A stretch of DNA of 64,000 nt, taken from Dehalococcoidia bacterium. Lineage in GTDB: Bacteria; Chloroflexota; Dehalococcoidia; UBA2979. Below are positions 60,355 through 64,000 of this stretch, in pieces. The stretch spans positions 2,560,001 to 2,624,000 of the forward strand of contig OZ244720.1 in the NCBI GenBank assembly GCA_965219085.1, written 5' to 3'. The position numbers and the translations under genes were made by a program. Below the pieces are notes generated by a model. The model had not been told where the DNA came from, made no database searches, and was given only the letters and a program-made list of their open reading frames with translations. How positions within the stretch are numbered: the first letter of the stretch is position 1; each line of letters begins with the position of its first letter.

Positions 60355-60852
60355 TCAGCCGCCGAAGAGCCCGCGCTCCCGGAGGCTGACGGCCTCGTCG
60401 CCGATCACGATGTGGTCGAGCAGTTCGATGCCGAGCAGCGTCGCCGCCTCCGCCAGCGCCTTCGTGACGTCGACGTCGTTCGTGCTCGGCGTGGCGTCGC
60501 CCGACGGGTGGTTGTGGACGACGATCAGGTTGGGAACGGCCTCGACGACCGCCGGGCGCAGCACCTCGGCCAGCCGGACGACTGCCGAGTAGCAGTTGCC
60601 GAGGTAGATCACCCGCTGCCCCACGACGCGGTTGCGGCGGTCGAGCAACAGCACGCGCAGTTGCTCCTGCGCGAGCATCCCCATCTCCGGCCCCAGCAGC
60701 CGCTGCACGTCCTCCGGCGATCCGATGATCGGAGCGTCCGGCTCGCGCTCAGGCCGCGTCTCGACCTCGTAGCGCACGGCCAGCTCGCCCAGGACGTCCA
60801 GGTTGCTGCGCAGCGCCGCGAGCAGCGCGTCCGCGTGCGCGGTGGCGGTCAT
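60355..60852 (-). CDS. radC: JAB/MPN domain protein (RadC-like)
   Basis: QEQLRVLLLD..IVVHNHPSGDATPSTND..LLDHIVIG. Confidence 0.92.
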   Translation of the reverse strand: MTATAHADALLAALRSNLDVLGELAVRYEVETRPEREPDAPIIGSPEDVQRLLGPEMGMLAQEQLRVLLLDRRNRVVGQRVIYLGNCYSAVVRLAEVLRPAVVEAVPNLIVVHNHPSGDATPSTNDVDVTKALAEAATLLGIELLDHIVIGDEAVSLRERGLFGG

Positions 60853-61385
60853 GCCGTCACCTCCACGGGGATCGCCTGCCCGAGGGGGCAGATGCAGTCC
60901 TGGTGGTCGGGCGAGGCGTCGTCGTCGCAGTCGAGGCAGTTGCCGCAGTTGCGGCAGGCCACCCGCTGGTGGGAGGCGTCGCGGGCGTGCCGCCGGGCGA
61001 CGGTGTCCTCCCAGCAGCAGTTCAGCTCGCAGTTGTCGCCGTGGCCGTCCCCGGCCTCGGCGGCGTCCTGCTCGCAGTCGCGGCAGTGCGTGCGTCCGCG
61101 CACGACGGGGTGGCCGCAGCCGGCGCAGTCCCCGCCGTAGTCGCCGCTGCGCTCGAGCTCGGCCCGCACGATCTGGCGGGCGGAGGGGTGGCCCTCGGGC
61201 CCGCCGGACTCGGCGACGTAGTGCCAGGCCCACTTCGCCCCGAGGTCGGCCCAGTCGTCGGTGCGGTAGGACCAGCCGTCGCAGGTGCAGTGGCCGTTGA
61301 AGTGGTCCGGACCCTCGAGCAGGGTCATGACCAGTGTGTGCGCGCTCCAGGTCGGGAGCGCGTCGCGTTCGGTAGTGCGCGCCAT
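60849..61385 (-). CDS. Cys/His-rich hypothetical protein
   Basis: 178 aa with HCTCDGW, CAGC, CRDC, CELNCC, CRNCGNCLDC, CIC; AAGGAG RBS; ATGA overlap with the JAB gene. Confidence 0.65.
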   Translation of the reverse strand: MARTTERDALPTWSAHTLVMTLLEGPDHFNGHCTCDGWSYRTDDWADLGAKWAWHYVAESGGPEGHPSARQIVRAELERSGDYGGDCAGCGHPVVRGRTHCRDCEQDAAEAGDGHGDNCELNCCWEDTVARRHARDASHQRVACRNCGNCLDCDDDASPDHQDCICPLGQAIPVEVTA

Positions 61386-61503
61386 GTTGCTTCTCCTTGG
61401 TGGTGGTGCTGATCGGGTGGAACGAGAGCGGGGCCGCCCCCGTGAGGGAGCGGCCCCGTGTGCGCCCGCACGCGGCGGGCGGCGTCTGTGTGCCGTTGGT
61501 TGG

Positions 61504-61902
61504 CTAGAAGGGCTGATCGTCCGCGACCTCGGCGGCGGCCTGCTGGCCACCGTTGCCGTTGCCGTTGGAGCGCCCGTTGCCGTTCGAGTCGAGGAAGATG
61601 ACCTCCTGCGCGTGCACCTCGCTGCGGTGGCGGCGCTGGCCGTCCTGCGTCTCGTAGCTGTTCTGGGCGAGCGAGCCCGCGACGAAGATGCGGTTGCCCT
61701 TCTTCACGTACTCGGCGACGGCCTCGGCCTGCTTACCCCAGCAGACGACCGAGTGCCAGTCGGCGTCGGTCTCGCCGTTCTGGCGGCGGCGATCGGTCGC
61801 CAGCCTGAGCTGGCAGATCGCGGTGCCGTTCTGGCTGTACTTCAGTTCGGGGTCCGTGCCCACGCGGCCCAGCAGTTCGATGCGGTTGATCGTGCGCGAC
61901 AT
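61504..61902 (-). CDS. ssb: Single-stranded DNA-binding protein, copy 1
   Basis: INRIELLGRVGTDPEL..DWH.VVCWGKQAE..KKG; acidic tail DDQPF. Confidence 0.95.
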   Translation of the reverse strand: MSRTINRIELLGRVGTDPELKYSQNGTAICQLRLATDRRRQNGETDADWHSVVCWGKQAEAVAEYVKKGNRIFVAGSLAQNSYETQDGQRRHRSEVHAQEVIFLDSNGNGRSNGNGNGGQQAAAEVADDQPF

Positions 61903-62052
61903 TTCAGTCTCCTTCGTTGATCTGGTGTGGTTGTCATGTGGCGGTGCGGCGTGAGCCGCACCTCGCTGGAACGGAGCGGGGCCGCCCCCGTTGAGGGAGC
62001 GGCCCCGTGTGCGCCCGCGCGCGGCGGGCGGCGTCTGTGTGCCGGTGGTTGG

Positions 62053-62451
62053 CTAGAAGGGCTGGTCGTCCGCGACCTCGGCGGCGGCCTGCTGGCCACC
62101 GTTGCCGTTGCCGTTGGAGCGCCCGTTGCCGTTCGAGTCGAGGAAGATGACCTCCTGCGCGTGCACCTCGCTGCGGTGGCGGCGCTGGCCGTCCTGCGTC
62201 TCGTAGCTGTTCTGGGCGAGCGAGCCCGCGACGAAGATGCGGTTGCCCTTCTTCACGTACTCGGCGACGGCCTCGGCCTGCTTGCCCCAGCAGACGACGT
62301 TGTGCCAGTCGGCGTCGGTCTCGCCGTTCTGGCGGCGGCGGTCGGTCGCCAGCCTGAGCTGGCAGATCGCGGTGCCGTTCTGGCTGTACTTCAGCTCGGG
62401 GTCGGTCCCGACGCGGCCCAGCAGCTCGATGCGGTTGATCGTCCGTGACAT
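62053..62451 (-). CDS. ssb: Single-stranded DNA-binding protein, copy 2
   Basis: Identical to copy 1 except one S/N residue; 549-bp repeat period. Confidence 0.95.
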   Translation of the reverse strand: MSRTINRIELLGRVGTDPELKYSQNGTAICQLRLATDRRRQNGETDADWHNVVCWGKQAEAVAEYVKKGNRIFVAGSLAQNSYETQDGQRRHRSEVHAQEVIFLDSNGNGRSNGNGNGGQQAAAEVADDQPF

Positions 62452-62643
62452 GTTCAGTCTCCTTCTGGTGATCGTTGCCACCGTGGTGGTGCGGTCTCGC
62501 CGCACCTGGGTTCGAAACGAGAGCGGGGCCGCCCCGAAGGACGGCCCCGTGTGCGCTCCCGGGAGGTAGCGTCTCTGCAGTGCTTGTGTCTCAGGCACCT
62601 GCGATGGGCACCTCCTTCCGTTCGTTCGCCGGCATTCGGTCGC

Positions 62644-63363
62644 TCAGGCGGCCCTCGGCGTCTCGCTCGCGCCGTCCTCCTGCAGCTTGCGGGCCGCGGC
62701 CTCCACCAGCGGGGTGAGGGCCGCGACCGGGAGCTCGTCGAGGTCACGGCCCGTGCGCTCGCGGACGGCGGATCGCACCTTCGCCTCGTCGAAGCCACGG
62801 CAGTTGCCGAGGTCGACGAGGGTCTTGCGCAGCGACGGCGCGAGGTCGCCCGTCGCACCCTCGCCGTAGAGGCTGTTCCCGAACTGGTCGCCGTAGCTCC
62901 GCAGCGCCCGCTTGAGCGCGTCGGTCACGGCTCCCTTGTGTGCGGTCTCGTACCCCTCCACTGTCTCGTCGGCGACAGCCTGGAAGCCGACGTCGGTGCG
63001 AGACGGCGAGCCGGGAACCGTGACCCGCACGGTCGCGGTGTAGGCGCGCCAGGGCTTGGCCTCGCCCGTCCTCGGGTCGACGCTCTCGCCCTCGCGCAGT
63101 TCCACCGGTGCGACGAGTTCGTAGCCCCAGCCGCCGTGCCCGAAGACGCGGTTCGCCTGGTCGATGGCGGTGCGCCCCTCGAGGTAGGCGTAGCTGCGGT
63201 TGCCGCGCCCCTTGCGCTGCGAGACGAGGCCCTCGTCGAGGGGCTCGCCCAGCTGCTGCGTGACTGCGGGCGGGAGGCCGTCCCACACGAGGTCGCGCTC
63301 GGGAACTGGTTCGGGGTGGACGCCGTTGCGGCTGCCGTTGACGGTCGGTGTTGCGTTCGTCAT
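62644..63363 (-). CDS. Rad52/Rad22-family ssDNA annealing protein
   Basis: YAYLEG..IDQANRVFGHGGW..RTDVG..AHKGAVTDALKRALRSYG..GNSLY. Confidence 0.9.
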   Translation of the reverse strand: MTNATPTVNGSRNGVHPEPVPERDLVWDGLPPAVTQQLGEPLDEGLVSQRKGRGNRSYAYLEGRTAIDQANRVFGHGGWGYELVAPVELREGESVDPRTGEAKPWRAYTATVRVTVPGSPSRTDVGFQAVADETVEGYETAHKGAVTDALKRALRSYGDQFGNSLYGEGATGDLAPSLRKTLVDLGNCRGFDEAKVRSAVRERTGRDLDELPVAALTPLVEAAARKLQEDGASETPRAA

Positions 63364-63559
63364 ATCTTGCTCCTTCGTGCTGTGCGTTGCCTGGGTGGAC
63401 TTCGGACCTCCCCGCGGGAGGCCCGTGCGCGGGGCGGAGCCCCGTCGGTCAGCGGTCATCGCGCCTCCTTCCGGTGGGCGGTTGGCCGGCAGGCACACGG
63501 AAGCGGCCCGGCCCTCTGGGGAGCCGGACAGTCGGTGCCCGTCCGATGGGATGGGTTGG

Positions 63560-64000
63560 TTAGCGGGCGGCCCGGGCCGCCCGCTCGAGCAGGCGCAGGA
63601 AGACCCGGCGCCCGTGGTGCACCGTGGCCAGGTCGGCCACGTCCGCGACGCCCCCGGGCAGGGTCACGACGGCGGCGCGGCGGCCGAGCAGGCCGGCGAG
63701 CCGCGCCGTGGCCTCGCGCCCGGCGTCGTCGTTGTCGAAGGCGATGAAGATGTTGGGGCAGCCGCGCAGGGTGGCGGCCACCCGCTCCATGCCCTGCGTG
63801 CCGAGGGCGGAGCAGGCGGGCAATCCCCACTCGCTTAGGACGAGCCAGTCGAAGACGCCCTCGGTCACGACCGCCCACGGCGGGGCGGGACCGAGCCGCC
63901 CCAGCCCGAGCACGGGCTTGGGACCGGGCAACGCCTGGAAGCGCGGCGAGTGCTTCTGGTTGATGCCCCGCCCCGCCAGCCAGCGGGCACGTCCATCGAT
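63560..64000 (-). CDS. TOPRIM-domain DNA primase, 3' part (continues beyond window)
   Basis: VVTEGVFD..ALGT..IFIAFDNDDAGREA..LP.GV.DVAD. Confidence 0.85.
   Translation of the reverse strand: MDGRARWLAGRGINQKHSPRFQALPGPKPVLGLGRLGPAPPWAVVTEGVFDWLVLSEWGLPACSALGTQGMERVAATLRGCPNIFIAFDNDDAGREATARLAGLLGRRAAVVTLPGGVADVADLATVHHGRRVFLRLLERAARAAR

Larger units (their letters stand above)
61420..63430 (-). promoter_or_regulatory. Repeated GC-rich hairpin elements upstream of four consecutive genes (61430-61457, 61978-62006, 62525-62548, 63403-63425)
   Basis: Three copies read GCGCACAC-GGGGCCG..CGGCCCC-GCTC on the minus strand; a fourth related copy lies before rad52. Confidence 0.6.
56828..64000 (-). 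mobile_element. ICE/plasmid-like backbone (establishment module)
   Basis: Co-oriented primase, rad52, ssb x2, JAB, methyltransferase and helicase. Confidence 0.75.

Overview
GC-rich mobile and accessory DNA with no rRNA, tRNA or CRISPR array. The gene families suggest a Chloroflexota/Dehalococcoidia-like, possibly host-associated organism (inference). The right end (56.8-64 kb, minus strand) is an ICE-like backbone: TOPRIM primase, Rad52/22, two tandem ssb, a Cys-rich protein, JAB/RadC, a DUF6094-type methyltransferase and an SF2 helicase. The helicase gene is split by a ~26.6-kb element (30187-56827) that carries a large serine recombinase. Joining the junctions by eye gives an in-frame helicase (..FETDYSVY..) and a symmetric attP around a GA core, which lies inside the recombinase's own 3' end. 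The element's cargo is a DUF4011 helicase-nuclease (Hhe-like), a replication-relaxation-like protein and an operon for a 4.5-kaa S8-protease/cadherin/FN3 surface protein. The left half (1-29.6 kb) is a decaying, stacked defence island. It holds a translationally coupled MTase-ParB-like-SNF2-DUF3883 operon, a type III RM mod/res deletion fusion, a VapBC-like pair and a sacsin-ATPase/DUF3883 protein. It also holds a DAC + UDG-like + unknown operon, a duplicated UDG-like + PD-(D/E)XK module, and a broken serine recombinase with a 52-bp palindromic att-like site. All family calls come from motif recognition, not database searches.
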